DNA of 52,125 nt from Phycisphaerae bacterium (GTDB lineage Bacteria; Planctomycetota; Phycisphaerae; WQYP01). The stretch's first letter is position 1; every line of letters starts with the position of its first letter. The translations under genes and the position numbers were made by a program. Below, piece by piece: positions 9,885 to 20,131 of this stretch. The stretch lies in NCBI GenBank assembly GCA_044344145.1, contig JBIJDM010000001.1:1-52125 (forward strand), given 5' to 3'. The notes beneath the pieces are model-generated. The model had not been told where the DNA came from, ran no database searches, and worked only from the letters and a program-made list of their open reading frames with translations.

Positions 9885-9913
9885 ATTATGCCGTATCTGG
9901 GCTGCGGATGCAA
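9885..9913 (-). promoter_or_regulatory. Candidate sigma70-type promoter for tRNA-Arg
   Basis: Minus strand TTGCAT-N17-CATAAT, located between the valS stop and the tRNA. Confidence 0.3.
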
Positions 9914-9952
9914 GCCCGGAGGCAGCGGAGCTTATCTGGCCAGTTCGGGCCG

Positions 9953-12805
9953 TTAAACATGCAATTCGGCAAGGTTTTTCGTAATCGCCGCCAGTTCGGT
10001 TTCGTGCTGGGCCAATTGCGTACGCATACCGTCCACCACTTTGGCCGGGGCCTTGCTGGTAAAGGCTTCGTTGGCCAGTTTGGTCTGATTGCTGGCGATG
10101 AACTTCTGCAATTCCGCCTGCCGGGCAGTGAGTTTCTGGGTCTCCGCGGCTCGGTCAATCACACCGCCAATGTAAATTTCCAATTCCGGCAGCACGCTGG
10201 CCGCGGCATCGGCGGGTTTGGTGGCGGTGGTGGCCACCTCGGCAAAGGTATTGCCCGAAAGCGGTTCGATAATCCCGCGATTGGCGAGAATCAGGGCCTT
10301 CAATTCCTCGGTCCTGGGCCGGATCACCACGGGCTTACCCTTGGCGGCAGGATACCGGTTCTGCATTTCGCGCAGGGCGGAGGTGACTTGCTGGGTCAGG
10401 GCAATCTGCGCCTCGGCGGGGGCATCCACGGCCCACGTATCGGCCTGCGGCCACGGGGCCACGATCAACTGGCCGGTGCGATTGGGCAGTTTGCTCCAGA
10501 TTTCCTCGGTCACAAACGGCATCATGGGATGCAGCAGTTTCAGTGCGGTTTCCAGACACACCGCCAACACGGCCTGCACGGTGGCATCGCCCGCACGCAT
10601 GCGGGCTTTGGCGATTTCCAGATACCAATCGCACAGATCACTCCAGAAGAACTGATACACCGCCGACGCGTAATCGGCGAAGTGGAACTGGGTAATCGCG
10701 GTCTGGGTGGCCGCGACGGTGCGGTTGAGCCGGCTGAGAATCCAGCGGTCTTCCAGCGGTAATTGCGCCGGCAGCGGCTGGGTGGGGAATTCCACATTGG
10801 TCAGAATGAACCGGGCGGCGTTCCAAATCTTGTTGGCAAAGTTGCGGCCGATATCAAACTTGGGCGAGGTGTTGCGCCCGGTCTTGGCATCTTTGACCAC
10901 GGGCATGCGGATATCCTGCGTCTCGGTGGCCATGCTGGCCAGCGTGAAGCGCAGCGCATCGGCGCCGTGCGAGGCAATGATGTCCACGGGGTCCACGCCG
11001 TTGCCCTTGGACTTGGACATGGTGCGGCCTTCGCCGTCCTGAATGACCGGGTGGATATAGACTTCGCGGAAGGGCACATCGCCGTGGCAATACAGCCCGA
11101 ACATCACCATGCGCGCCACCCAGAGCGTAAGAATATCGCGCGCGGTGGACAGCACCGAAGTCGGATAGTAATACGACAGCAACTGGTCTTCCGGTTTTTC
11201 GCTCGTACCGCCAGCGGGCCAGCCCAGCGTGCTGATCGGCCAAAGCGCCGACGAGAACCAGGTATCCAGCACATCGGGGTCCTGCACGAAACCGTGCGCT
11301 TCCAGCGTGGCGGCCTGCGTCTGATCACGCAGACATGCGTACACATAGACATGCCCGTCTTCGGGCTTGACCACTTGGAACGTGCAGCCGGGAACGGTTT
11401 TGAGGAAATCCTTGGGACAGCTATAACCCTGCACGCAGGGACGCTCATCAGGGGCGAAGTGCCGGGTCCACACCGGAATCCGGTGCCCCCACCACAACTG
11501 CCGGCTGATGCACCAGTCGCGCTTTTGTCCGAGCCAGTCCAGATACCCCTTGGCATAGCGTTCGGGGGTAATCTTCACGCGGCCATCGGAGACCGCGTCC
11601 ATCGCGGCCTGCGCCAGGCCGGGCTTGGCGGTGCCGTTGGCCAGCTTGATGCCATTATCCAGATCACCCATGCGCACAAACCACTGATCACTCAGGTACG
11701 GCTCGATGGGCGTCTTGCTGCGATCGCTGTGGCCCACTTCATGTTCGTGCACCTTGGTTTCCACAATCAGGCCCAGCGTTTCCAGATCGGCCAGCACCTG
11801 TTTCCGCGCCGCGGTGGCGAAGCGCAGGCCCACGTAACTGTAAGACTTGCCCTGAAATTCGCCCTCGCCGTGGGCATTCACTTTGCCATCGGCGGTCAGC
11901 AGGTTGATCAATTCCAATTTGTGGCGTTGGCCGGTGGCATAGTCATTGGGATCATGCGCGGGGGTCACCTTGACCACGCCGGTGCCGAACTTGGGGTCTA
12001 CCAGCAGGCCATCGGCGATGATGGGAATGCGGCGCCCCACCAACGGCACAATCACGTGCTGGCCGATGAGATGCTTATAACGCGGGTCTTCCGGATGCAC
12101 GGCCACGGCGGTATCGCCCAGCATGGTCTCGGGCCGGGTGGTGGCCACCACCAGATATTCGCCCGATTGCCCGTCCACAGGATACTTGATGCTGGTCATC
12201 TGGCCCTTGACGGTCTCGTGATAGATTTCATCATCGGCCACCGCGGTTTGCAGATGGGTATCCCAATTCACCAGCCGCTTGCCCCGGAAAATCAGCCCGT
12301 CGGCGAACATCTTGAAGAAAGCCTCGCGCACGGCCTTGGCGCAGGTTTCATCCAACGTGAAGCGCGTGCGGTTCCAATCGCAGGAGGCCCCCATTGCGGC
12401 CAACTGGGTCAGAATGCGCGTGCCGTACTGCTCTTTCCATTCCCAGATGCGCCGCACCAATTCTTCGCGGCCCAGATCATGGCGGGTCTTTTTTTCTTTT
12501 TCAAAAATCGTTTTTTCCACGATCGCCTGCGTGGCGATGCCCGCATGGTCAATGCCGGGCATCCACAGCGTGTTATCGCCGCGCATGCGGTGATAACGGG
12601 TGAGGATATCCTGCACGGTGTTGTTGATCGCGTGGCCCAGATGCAGCGCCCCGGTGACGTTGGGCGGGGGAATCACCACCGAAAAATGCTCCGCAGCCGG
12701 CCGCGCATCGGGCGCGGCGGCGAAGCATTGCTGCTCCTGCCAGCGGGCATAAATATTGGTTTCCACGGCTTTGGGGTCATACTGGGCGGATAAATCAATC
12801 TTCAC
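9953..12805 (-). CDS. valS: Valine--tRNA ligase
   Basis: 950 aa. HIGH-type motif (PNVTGALHLGH), KMSKS-type motif (TMSKSKGN), C-terminal coiled coil. GTG start overlaps the cimA stop (GTGA). Confidence 0.95.
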   Translation of the reverse strand: MKIDLSAQYDPKAVETNIYARWQEQQCFAAAPDARPAAEHFSVVIPPPNVTGALHLGHAINNTVQDILTRYHRMRGDNTLWMPGIDHAGIATQAIVEKTIFEKEKKTRHDLGREELVRRIWEWKEQYGTRILTQLAAMGASCDWNRTRFTLDETCAKAVREAFFKMFADGLIFRGKRLVNWDTHLQTAVADDEIYHETVKGQMTSIKYPVDGQSGEYLVVATTRPETMLGDTAVAVHPEDPRYKHLIGQHVIVPLVGRRIPIIADGLLVDPKFGTGVVKVTPAHDPNDYATGQRHKLELINLLTADGKVNAHGEGEFQGKSYSYVGLRFATAARKQVLADLETLGLIVETKVHEHEVGHSDRSKTPIEPYLSDQWFVRMGDLDNGIKLANGTAKPGLAQAAMDAVSDGRVKITPERYAKGYLDWLGQKRDWCISRQLWWGHRIPVWTRHFAPDERPCVQGYSCPKDFLKTVPGCTFQVVKPEDGHVYVYACLRDQTQAATLEAHGFVQDPDVLDTWFSSALWPISTLGWPAGGTSEKPEDQLLSYYYPTSVLSTARDILTLWVARMVMFGLYCHGDVPFREVYIHPVIQDGEGRTMSKSKGNGVDPVDIIASHGADALRFTLASMATETQDIRMPVVKDAKTGRNTSPKFDIGRNFANKIWNAARFILTNVEFPTQPLPAQLPLEDRWILSRLNRTVAATQTAITQFHFADYASAVYQFFWSDLCDWYLEIAKARMRAGDATVQAVLAVCLETALKLLHPMMPFVTEEIWSKLPNRTGQLIVAPWPQADTWAVDAPAEAQIALTQQVTSALREMQNRYPAAKGKPVVIRPRTEELKALILANRGIIEPLSGNTFAEVATTATKPADAAASVLPELEIYIGGVIDRAAETQKLTARQAELQKFIASNQTKLANEAFTSKAPAKVVDGMRTQLAQHETELAAITKNLAELHV

Positions 12806-14388
12806 GGGTGATTCCTCTTTGCGGCAGCTTCTTCATCATGGATCAACTGGTATTCCAACGCATCCACCAAAGCCAGCCAACTGGCTTCGATGATATTTTC
12901 CGACACCCCCACCGTGCTGAACGTGCCCTGCGGGCCACGCCAGGCAATAATGACACGCACCTTGGCGGCGGTCTCCGCGCCGCCATCCACCACGCGGACT
13001 TTATAGTCCAGCAGATGCAGTTTACCGATGGCCGGATAACGGGCCAACAGCGCCTTGCGCAAGGCCCCGTCCAGCGCATTCACCGGGCCGTCCCCCTCGG
13101 CGGAGGCATGTACCGGCTGGCCGTCAATCATCAGCGTCAGCGCCGCGTGGGTCACGGGCCCGTGGTTCTGGGTCCGGGTCACATTACAGTGGTAATATTC
13201 CAACTGGAAAAATTGCTTGTACCGCCCCAGCTCGCGCCGCAGCAGCAGTTCAAACGACGCCTCGGCGGCTTCGAACTGGTACCCCTGGCTTTCCAGCGTG
13301 GTCACGCGTTCCAGCACGCGGCGTTGCAGCGCCTTATCGTGCGAAATATCAAACTTCTTGCCGGCTTTGGCGGTGATATTGGAAATGCCGGACAATTCGC
13401 TGACCAGCACCCGCCGGGAGTTGCCCACCACTTCGGGGTCCACATGTTCGTAGCTGCGGGCCAGTTTATTGACCGCGTGCACGTGCATGCCGCCCTTATG
13501 GGCAAAGGCACTCAGCCCCACATACGGTTGATTGCCCGCCGGGGGCAGATTGGCGATTTCCCAGATGAACCGGCTGACTTCGGTCAACTGTTGCAGCGCC
13601 TGGGGCCGCAGACACTGGTATTGGTATTTCAACTGCAGATTGGCGATGACGGTCGTCAGGTCCACATTGCCGCAGCGCTCGCCGATGCCATTCATGGTGC
13701 CCTGCACCTGCGTGGCCCCGGCGGTCACTGCCGCCAGCGCATTGGCCACAGCCAGACCACTGTCATTATGGGGATGGATACCCAAGGGGGTTTTGATGGT
13801 TTGGCGCAGCGTGGTGACGTATTCCGTCACCCGCGCGGGCAGGCTGCCGCCATTGGTATCGCACAGACACAGACACACCGCCCCGGCGTCAGCGGCGGCC
13901 AATAGGGTCTTGAGCGCATAGGCAGGGTTGGCCGCGTAGCCATCGAAGAAGTGTTCAGCATCGTAGATCACCTTGCGGCCCTGGGCGGTCAGCCACTGGA
14001 CGGAATCGGCGATCATGGCCAGATTTTCTTCCAGCGTCACGCCCAGCACTTCGGTGACGTGCAAATCCCAGGTCTTGCCCACCACGGTGACATATTCGGT
14101 TTCCGCATCGCGCAGGGCCTGCATGCCGGTATCTTCCCCGGCAGAGATGCCCTTGCGGCGGGTCATGCCGAAGGCCACCAGTTTGGCGTGGTGGAGGTGT
14201 AACGTGCGGGCTTCGGCAAAGAACGTGGCGTCCTTGGGATTGCTCAGGGGGTAGCCCCCTTCGATGAAATCCACGCCCAGTTCGTCCAGCCGCTGGGTGA
14301 TGAGTAGTTTATCCTGTACCGAGAGCGACACGCCTTCGCCCTGCGTGCCGTCGCGCAGGGTGGTGTCATAGATTGCCACATGGGGCAT
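12802..14388 (-). CDS. cimA: Citramalate synthase / 2-isopropylmalate synthase family enzyme (CimA-like)
   Basis: ORF 12802..14403 starts at TTG. I prefer the ATG at 14388 (MPHVAIYDTTLRDGTQGEGVSLS), which has an AAGGA RBS. DRE-TIM aldolase N-domain plus a LeuA-type C-terminal regulatory domain. CimA versus LeuA cannot be settled by eye. Confidence 0.8.
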   Translation of the reverse strand: MPHVAIYDTTLRDGTQGEGVSLSVQDKLLITQRLDELGVDFIEGGYPLSNPKDATFFAEARTLHLHHAKLVAFGMTRRKGISAGEDTGMQALRDAETEYVTVVGKTWDLHVTEVLGVTLEENLAMIADSVQWLTAQGRKVIYDAEHFFDGYAANPAYALKTLLAAADAGAVCLCLCDTNGGSLPARVTEYVTTLRQTIKTPLGIHPHNDSGLAVANALAAVTAGATQVQGTMNGIGERCGNVDLTTVIANLQLKYQYQCLRPQALQQLTEVSRFIWEIANLPPAGNQPYVGLSAFAHKGGMHVHAVNKLARSYEHVDPEVVGNSRRVLVSELSGISNITAKAGKKFDISHDKALQRRVLERVTTLESQGYQFEAAEASFELLLRRELGRYKQFFQLEYYHCNVTRTQNHGPVTHAALTLMIDGQPVHASAEGDGPVNALDGALRKALLARYPAIGKLHLLDYKVRVVDGGAETAAKVRVIIAWRGPQGTFSTVGVSENIIEASWLALVDALEYQLIHDEEAAAKRNHP

Positions 14389-14404
14389 GGGAATATCCTT
14401 CAAT

Positions 14405-14433
14405 AAAAACGCCCTGCTCAGCGGCAGGGCGTC
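14405..14433 (-). terminator. Intrinsic-terminator-like hairpin inside the cimA 5' leader (attenuator candidate)
   Basis: Minus strand ACGCCCTGC-cgctga-GCAGGGCGT followed by TTTTTATT, ending ~16 nt before the cimA ATG. No upstream minus-strand gene could use it as a 3' terminator, because dxr is divergent. Confidence 0.5.
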
Positions 14434-14820
14434 ATAATCTCACATTGGAACAACGCCCTTAAGCAAACCAACCAACCCGGGTAACCATAATAACCGCGCG
14501 GACGACTGCCGCCCCGGCGTTGGCCGGTACTACCCGCAAGGGAGTTTTTAGCGTCAGAACTGTCCGCACATATCACCTCAAAAGCGAAAAACAATCAGTC
14601 TCGTTATTATCCCCCATCCCCTGCCGTGGGTCAAACGGATGTAAAGATGGTGACTTCTTTCGGTACTGCAAGCAAACAAGGCAACTGACTTGACCACGAA
14701 TAGTGGCACAACGAAGAATCGTGATCAAACGTCCTCGTCAAGGTGTTTATAAATACGTAGGCCCTATTGCTATCCCTATACTTCAGGCAATGTTTATGCG
14801 GTATTCACCCGCGCGGGCGC

Positions 14821-14849
14821 TTGTGTCACTTACCCGTGGACCGTATGAT
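14821..14849 (+). promoter_or_regulatory. Candidate sigma70-type promoter for dxr-rseP
   Basis: TTGTGT-N17-TATGAT, ~35 nt upstream of the ATG at 14885. Confidence 0.3.
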
Positions 14850-14884
14850 CATATTTTTATGGTCGTTTGGAGTTCAGGAAGTCT

Positions 14885-16093
14885 ATGCAAGTGATGAATT
14901 CGCCGTCACTTACCCGCAGCGAGGCCAAAACCATGCCCCCCCGGCAGATTGCGGTTCTCGGTTCTACGGGTTCAATTGGCACCAATACTATTGATGTCGT
15001 CCAGAATCTGGGCCCCAACTATCGCATCACCGCGCTGGCCGCGGCGACCAGTTGGCAAAAACTTGCCCAGCAGGCCCGGGCCGTGCAGCCCAAGGTGGTC
15101 ACGCTGGGACTCAGCGAACATCCCCAACATCAAGCCGAACTGGAACAGGCTCTCGCCGATCTGCATATTCCCGTCACCGCGGGTACCGATGCCATGGTGG
15201 ATCTGGTCAAACGTTCCGATGTGGACACCATCGTCGCGGCCGTGGTCGGCGCGGCGGGGTTGGCCCCGGTACTGGCGGCGGCGGAACTGGGCAAGACCAT
15301 TGCTCTGGCCAATAAAGAGGCCCTGGTCGTCGCCGGCGGACTGGTCATGCCCGTGGCCCGTAAGAGCGGCGCGGCGGTATTGCCGGTGGACAGCGAACAT
15401 TCCGCGATTTTTCAGTCCCTGCGCAGTGGTACGGCCAAGGAAGTCCGCAAGATTATTCTCACCGCCAGCGGTGGGCCGTTCCGCACTTGGCCCCGGCACA
15501 AAATCGAAGAAGCCACCGTGGCCGAGGCGCTGGATCACCCGAACTGGAAAATGGGCCCCAAGATTACCATTGACTCCGCCACCATGATGAACAAGGCGCT
15601 GGAAATCATCGAAGCCCACTGGCTGTTTGATCTTTCCGCCGCCCAGATCGAAGTGGTCATCCATCCCCAGTCCATCATCCATTCCATGATCGAGTTTGTG
15701 GATGGTTCGATTATCGCCCAATTGGGCACGCCGGACATGCGGACGCCGATCCAATATGCGCTGACACATCCCGAGCGTCTGCCGGGGTGTTCCACGCGTT
15801 TGGATTGGGCCAAGGTCAAGGAAATGACCTTTGAACAGCCCGGCGACCGCTTCCCCGCGTTGCAATTGGGCTTTGAAGTAATCCAGTTGGGCGGCACCTC
15901 GGGCGCGGTGGTCAATGCCGCCAATGAAGCGGCCAACGCCCTGTTCCGCAGTGGTAAAATTCATTTCGGTCAGATTGTTGATTTGGTATCCAAGACGCTT
16001 GCGCGTCATAAGCGACAGGGCTTCATCGCACAACCCACGCTGGCAGAGTTGCTGGCGGCGGATGCCTGGGCCCGTCGGGAGATCGCACCATGA
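14885..16093 (+). CDS. dxr: 1-deoxy-D-xylulose 5-phosphate reductoisomerase
   Basis: ORF 14867..16093 (TTG). ATG at 14885 follows AGGAAG. IAVLGSTGSIGTNTIDV NADPH loop, LANKEAL and SEHSAIFQ motifs. Confidence 0.9.
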   Translation: MQVMNSPSLTRSEAKTMPPRQIAVLGSTGSIGTNTIDVVQNLGPNYRITALAAATSWQKLAQQARAVQPKVVTLGLSEHPQHQAELEQALADLHIPVTAGTDAMVDLVKRSDVDTIVAAVVGAAGLAPVLAAAELGKTIALANKEALVVAGGLVMPVARKSGAAVLPVDSEHSAIFQSLRSGTAKEVRKIILTASGGPFRTWPRHKIEEATVAEALDHPNWKMGPKITIDSATMMNKALEIIEAHWLFDLSAAQIEVVIHPQSIIHSMIEFVDGSIIAQLGTPDMRTPIQYALTHPERLPGCSTRLDWAKVKEMTFEQPGDRFPALQLGFEVIQLGGTSGAVVNAANEAANALFRSGKIHFGQIVDLVSKTLARHKRQGFIAQPTLAELLAADAWARREIAP

Positions 16094-18198
16094 AGTTCAG
16101 TGGTAAAACTAGCTCGGTTCGTACGTGGTTGAAACGGCGGCAATTCTGGTCCCGCAGCATCGTCTGGTCACTCACGCTGCCGGCGATGTTGTTGGCCTTT
16201 ATCACGCCGGAAGCGCTCGATTCCACGCGGCGTATGGTGCTCATGCTGGTGGGCTTTTCCAGCCTGATTTTTGTGCATGAACTGGGACATTTTGTGGTGG
16301 CCCGGATGTGCTCGGTCCGGTGCGATATTTTCTCCATCGGTATCGGCCCGCGGATGCTGGGCTGGCGGCGGGGCCGGGGCGTGACGTTTGGCAAAGACGC
16401 GCCCGTACCGCCGGAAGCATTCATGATTGACCCGCTGGATCCCGAACGCCCCCCCGCCATCGGCGAAACCGATTATCGTTTGAGCTGGTTCCCCCTCGGT
16501 GGCTATGTCAAAATGCTCGGGCAGGATGACATGGACCCCAGCGCCCTGTCCATCGAGGAACGCGCGTTCAACAACCGCCCCACCATCCAAAAACTCGCCA
16601 TCACCTCGGCGGGCGTGGTGATGAATGTGTTGCTGGCGGTGCCGTTGTTTGCGCTGTGCTTCACCCTCGGGGTGGCCTTCCCGCCGGCGATGATCGGTGA
16701 TGTTGAATATGGCTCCCCGGCGTTCAAAGCCGGTCTGGTTCCCGGAGATAACATTGCCGCGGTAAACAACCATACCCCGCGCTATGGTTTCCTCGAATTC
16801 GGCGATATTATACTGGGTTCGGCGATGGCCAAGCGTGGTCAGCCGGTGCAATTTACGGTTAAGCGCAAAGGCGAGCCTGTCACGCTTCAAGCCATCCCGA
16901 AAATGGATGAACGTCTGGGGCTGCAACGGGTGGGGCTGATGCCCGCGCTGACCCTGCAAATCTCCGTATCACCCAAAGTGGTGCCAGCGTTAAAGGCCAT
17001 GGGGCTGGACGAGGCCTTCAAACCCGGGGATACGATCCGTCAGGTGGATGGCCAATCCATACGATTCCTACATACCTTGCGCCAGGAAATCAGCGATGGC
17101 TTCGGCAAACCTATCAAACTCGCCATAGATAATCCCACGCTGCACCAAATCCAGCAGACCCGTGAGATTACCCTGAAACCCCGGCTGACCCCGCGCAGCG
17201 GTGCCAGCGAATATTTCGTACCGTCCATCGTCGGCATGCAGCCCCGGGGCCGTGTGGTGATGGTCAATCCCGGCAGCCCGGCAGAAAAAGCCGGCCTGCA
17301 ACGCGGGGATATCATCACCCGCATCGGCTCGGTCACCAATCCCCCGTCGAAGACGATTATTGAAACCATTCGCGTAAACCATAACGAACCGGTGGAAATT
17401 GAAGTCCAGCGCGGCACCGAACGGATCACCGTCAAACCCACCCCGGTCAAAGCGTCCGGCGGTGACCATGCGGTCATTGGGATGGTGTTCAGCATTGACT
17501 CCGACAATCCCATTATCGCCGGGGTGGACCCCGACAGCGAAGCGGCCAAACAGGGTCTGGTGGGCGGGATGCGGATTGATGCCATTCGCGGTCAGCCGAT
17601 CAATTCCTGGGATGATGTGATGCGTTACCTAAGCGATGCGATCGTGGGCAACCTGCCCCTGACCGTGACCGGTCCCGATGGCACCAAACGCGTGGATATT
17701 CTCCTCGCCGGTCCAGCGCTGCAACAACTTGATATGTATCGCTACGACATCGAGGGGCTGGGGGAAGTAGTGGAACCCCTGACCACGCCCCAGCAGGGAG
17801 GAGACTTGGCGGAAGCCATCTACATGGGTTTTGACCATACCTACAAATGGGCTACCCAAACCTATCTCACGCTCCGCGGGCTGTTCATCGGCACCGTCAA
17901 ACCTTCTACTATTCATGGGCCGGTGGGGATCTTCAAATTCGGCCATGACATTCAGGACCGGGGCACCACTTACCTGATCTTCCTGCTCGGGGCCATCAGC
18001 GTGAATCTGGCGGTGATGAACTTCCTGCCTCTGCCCATTCTGGATGGCGGGATGGTTATTCTGATCCTGATTGAAGCCATGCGCGGCAAGCCCCTGCCCG
18101 AACGGGCGCTGAATATCATCCAGACGGTGGGCATGGTGCTGTTGTTCAGCCTGCTGATCTTTGCCACCTGGAACGATATCCCGCTGTTCTTCAAATAA
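16090..18198 (+). CDS. rseP: RIP site-2 metalloprotease RseP with four PDZ-like domains
   Basis: 702 aa. ATGA overlap with the dxr stop. HELGHFVVA zinc motif, C-terminal NFLPLPILDGG motif, and four GxPAxxAGLxxGDxI-like PDZ segments. Confidence 0.9.
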   Translation: MKFSGKTSSVRTWLKRRQFWSRSIVWSLTLPAMLLAFITPEALDSTRRMVLMLVGFSSLIFVHELGHFVVARMCSVRCDIFSIGIGPRMLGWRRGRGVTFGKDAPVPPEAFMIDPLDPERPPAIGETDYRLSWFPLGGYVKMLGQDDMDPSALSIEERAFNNRPTIQKLAITSAGVVMNVLLAVPLFALCFTLGVAFPPAMIGDVEYGSPAFKAGLVPGDNIAAVNNHTPRYGFLEFGDIILGSAMAKRGQPVQFTVKRKGEPVTLQAIPKMDERLGLQRVGLMPALTLQISVSPKVVPALKAMGLDEAFKPGDTIRQVDGQSIRFLHTLRQEISDGFGKPIKLAIDNPTLHQIQQTREITLKPRLTPRSGASEYFVPSIVGMQPRGRVVMVNPGSPAEKAGLQRGDIITRIGSVTNPPSKTIIETIRVNHNEPVEIEVQRGTERITVKPTPVKASGGDHAVIGMVFSIDSDNPIIAGVDPDSEAAKQGLVGGMRIDAIRGQPINSWDDVMRYLSDAIVGNLPLTVTGPDGTKRVDILLAGPALQQLDMYRYDIEGLGEVVEPLTTPQQGGDLAEAIYMGFDHTYKWATQTYLTLRGLFIGTVKPSTIHGPVGIFKFGHDIQDRGTTYLIFLLGAISVNLAVMNFLPLPILDGGMVILILIEAMRGKPLPERALNIIQTVGMVLLFSLLIFATWNDIPLFFK

Positions 18199-18290
18199 AA
18201 AATGCCCTGACTACCGTCTCTGGGCTACACCGGGACTATGATTGCGGGAAATATGTGTGTATTGCCCCGTTGTGTCCACAGGAGTTGCTG

Positions 18291-20042
18291 ATGCCCACGA
18301 TTGTACATGTCACCCACGAAGCGCTGATCAAGATCGGCGGCATCGGTGCGGTTTTGGATGGCTTACTGACCTCGCGCACTTACCAGCACACCTTTGCCCG
18401 CAACATTCTGGTGGGCCCGTTGTGGGAGGTGGGCAAGCCCGTAGCCGAACTGATGGGCCCCGGCGGGGAAGTGCTCTATAGTGGTCCCGAAGGCATCCGC
18501 AAACACGCCCTATCGGCGCGCTTCGCCGAAATTGAACGCGAGTTTGGCTGTGGTCTGGTCTATGGACGGCGCACGGTGACCGACCCGGTTTCCGGCATTA
18601 CAGCCACGCCGGAAATCCTGCTGCTGGCGGTCAACACCTATAACCCCGTCAAGATCAATGAATTCAAAGCCATGTTGTTCAGCCGTTTCGGCATTGAATC
18701 CATGCGTTACGAACACATCTGGGATTACGAACAGTACTGCCGTATCGCCTGGCCGACGCTGGCGGCGGTGGAAGCCCTGACCGCCAATCCCGCCGATCCG
18801 ATTGTCATCATGGCCCACGAGTATATGGGGATGCCCACCGCGCTGGCCGCCATTGCCGCGAATCCCGAGCGTTATCGCACCATCTTCTATGCCCATGAAG
18901 TGGCTCCCATCCGCCGGATTGTCGAAGAACAGCCCGGCCATGACACCATGTTTTATAACGCCCTGCGCAGCGCCGAAGCCCAGAAACTATACGTGGATGC
19001 CGTCTTTGGTGATCCCTCGGACTACTACAAACACCCGCTGGTTAAAGCTGCCCGGCTGTGCGACAACATCTTTGCCGTGGGCGACTACGTCAAACGCGAG
19101 CTGCAGTTTCTCAATGACGCGTTCGATGATGTCTCGATTGATATCGCTTACAACGGCGTGCCGTTCGTGCCCATCACACTGGCGGAAAAAATGGCCAGCA
19201 AGGCCCGGCTGCAGCGCTATTGCCACAACCTGCTGGGCTACACCCCCGATTACATCCTGACCCATGTCACCCGCATGGTCCCCAGCAAGGGACTGTGGCG
19301 CGATAATCTGGTCATGGCGGAGCTCGACAAGCACCTGCAGAAATCCGGTCAGACGGCGGTGTTGCTGGTGCTGTCCACCGAGCCGGGCAAACGCAGTGAA
19401 AAAGATGTCCAGCATATGGAAAAATGGCACCATTGGCCCGTGGCCCATCGCGAGGGTTATCCCGACCTGACCGGGGGCGAAGCCGGCTTCTATGCCGGGG
19501 TTCAATATGCCAACGTCCTCAGCCGCAATGCCAAGGTTATCTATATCAATCAATTCGGCTTCAACCGTGCGGCCTGCGGTTCGCGGATGCCCGCCGAGGT
19601 CGAATTTGCCGATATCCGGCATGGTTCCGATGTGGAATTCGGCCAGTCGATTTATGAGCCCTTTGGCATTGCCCAGGTCGAGCCCATCGGCTTTGGGGGC
19701 ATTTGTGTGTATACCGAGATTTGCGGTTGTGCAGGCTTTGTGCGGTTGGCCGCGGGCAATCAGCCGGTGCGCAATGCGCTGGAAGTAGATTACACCCAAT
19801 TACCGGCCGGGACCCCGCGTGATCTGGCGAGTCTGCTGAAAATGACCCGTGAGCAGCGTGAGGCCATCGAAGCGACCTGTGCGGTGGAAATTGCGGCGGA
19901 ATTATTTGCCCGTCTGCCTAAAAATGAAGCAGACTATGCCAGCCTGCTGAAGCAGGCCCACCACCTGGGCAGCCACATGAGCTGGGACGCGGTGGCCCAA
20001 CTGTTTGTGGTCCCGGGCATCCAGAAAACCCTGCAGCGGTAA
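18291..20042 (+). CDS. GT-B glycosyltransferase, glycogen/starch-synthase-like
   Basis: ORF 18255..20042. ATG at 18291 follows GGAG. N-terminal VHVTHEALIKIGGIGAVLDGL (a K-x-GG motif as in glycogen synthases) and C-terminal YEPFGIAQVEP (an E-x7-E-like GT-B motif). Confidence 0.55.
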   Translation: MPTIVHVTHEALIKIGGIGAVLDGLLTSRTYQHTFARNILVGPLWEVGKPVAELMGPGGEVLYSGPEGIRKHALSARFAEIEREFGCGLVYGRRTVTDPVSGITATPEILLLAVNTYNPVKINEFKAMLFSRFGIESMRYEHIWDYEQYCRIAWPTLAAVEALTANPADPIVIMAHEYMGMPTALAAIAANPERYRTIFYAHEVAPIRRIVEEQPGHDTMFYNALRSAEAQKLYVDAVFGDPSDYYKHPLVKAARLCDNIFAVGDYVKRELQFLNDAFDDVSIDIAYNGVPFVPITLAEKMASKARLQRYCHNLLGYTPDYILTHVTRMVPSKGLWRDNLVMAELDKHLQKSGQTAVLLVLSTEPGKRSEKDVQHMEKWHHWPVAHREGYPDLTGGEAGFYAGVQYANVLSRNAKVIYINQFGFNRAACGSRMPAEVEFADIRHGSDVEFGQSIYEPFGIAQVEPIGFGGICVYTEICGCAGFVRLAAGNQPVRNALEVDYTQLPAGTPRDLASLLKMTREQREAIEATCAVEIAAELFARLPKNEADYASLLKQAHHLGSHMSWDAVAQLFVVPGIQKTLQR

Positions 20043-20131
20043 ACTTTATTTTTGCTTAATGTTACCCCTAGGCAATGATGATGACGTCTGCTAATATAGC
20101 CGCGGTACGATTGCCATGAGCGGAGTAATCC

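Noticed and set aside
10763-12793. 676-aa plus-strand ORF (and several shorter ones) across the valS region
   Set aside because: It lies antisense to a clearly motif-bearing valS. The translation is low-complexity (G/R/A/H/P-rich) with no motifs. This is a typical shadow ORF in GC-rich DNA.
14522-14537. T-box-like string on the minus strand (GGGTAGTACCGG versus consensus GGGTGGTACCGCG) in the cimA leader
   Set aside because: It lies ~110 nt upstream of the terminator rather than in the antiterminator bulge. I could not find a specifier loop or Stem I features. Probably coincidental.
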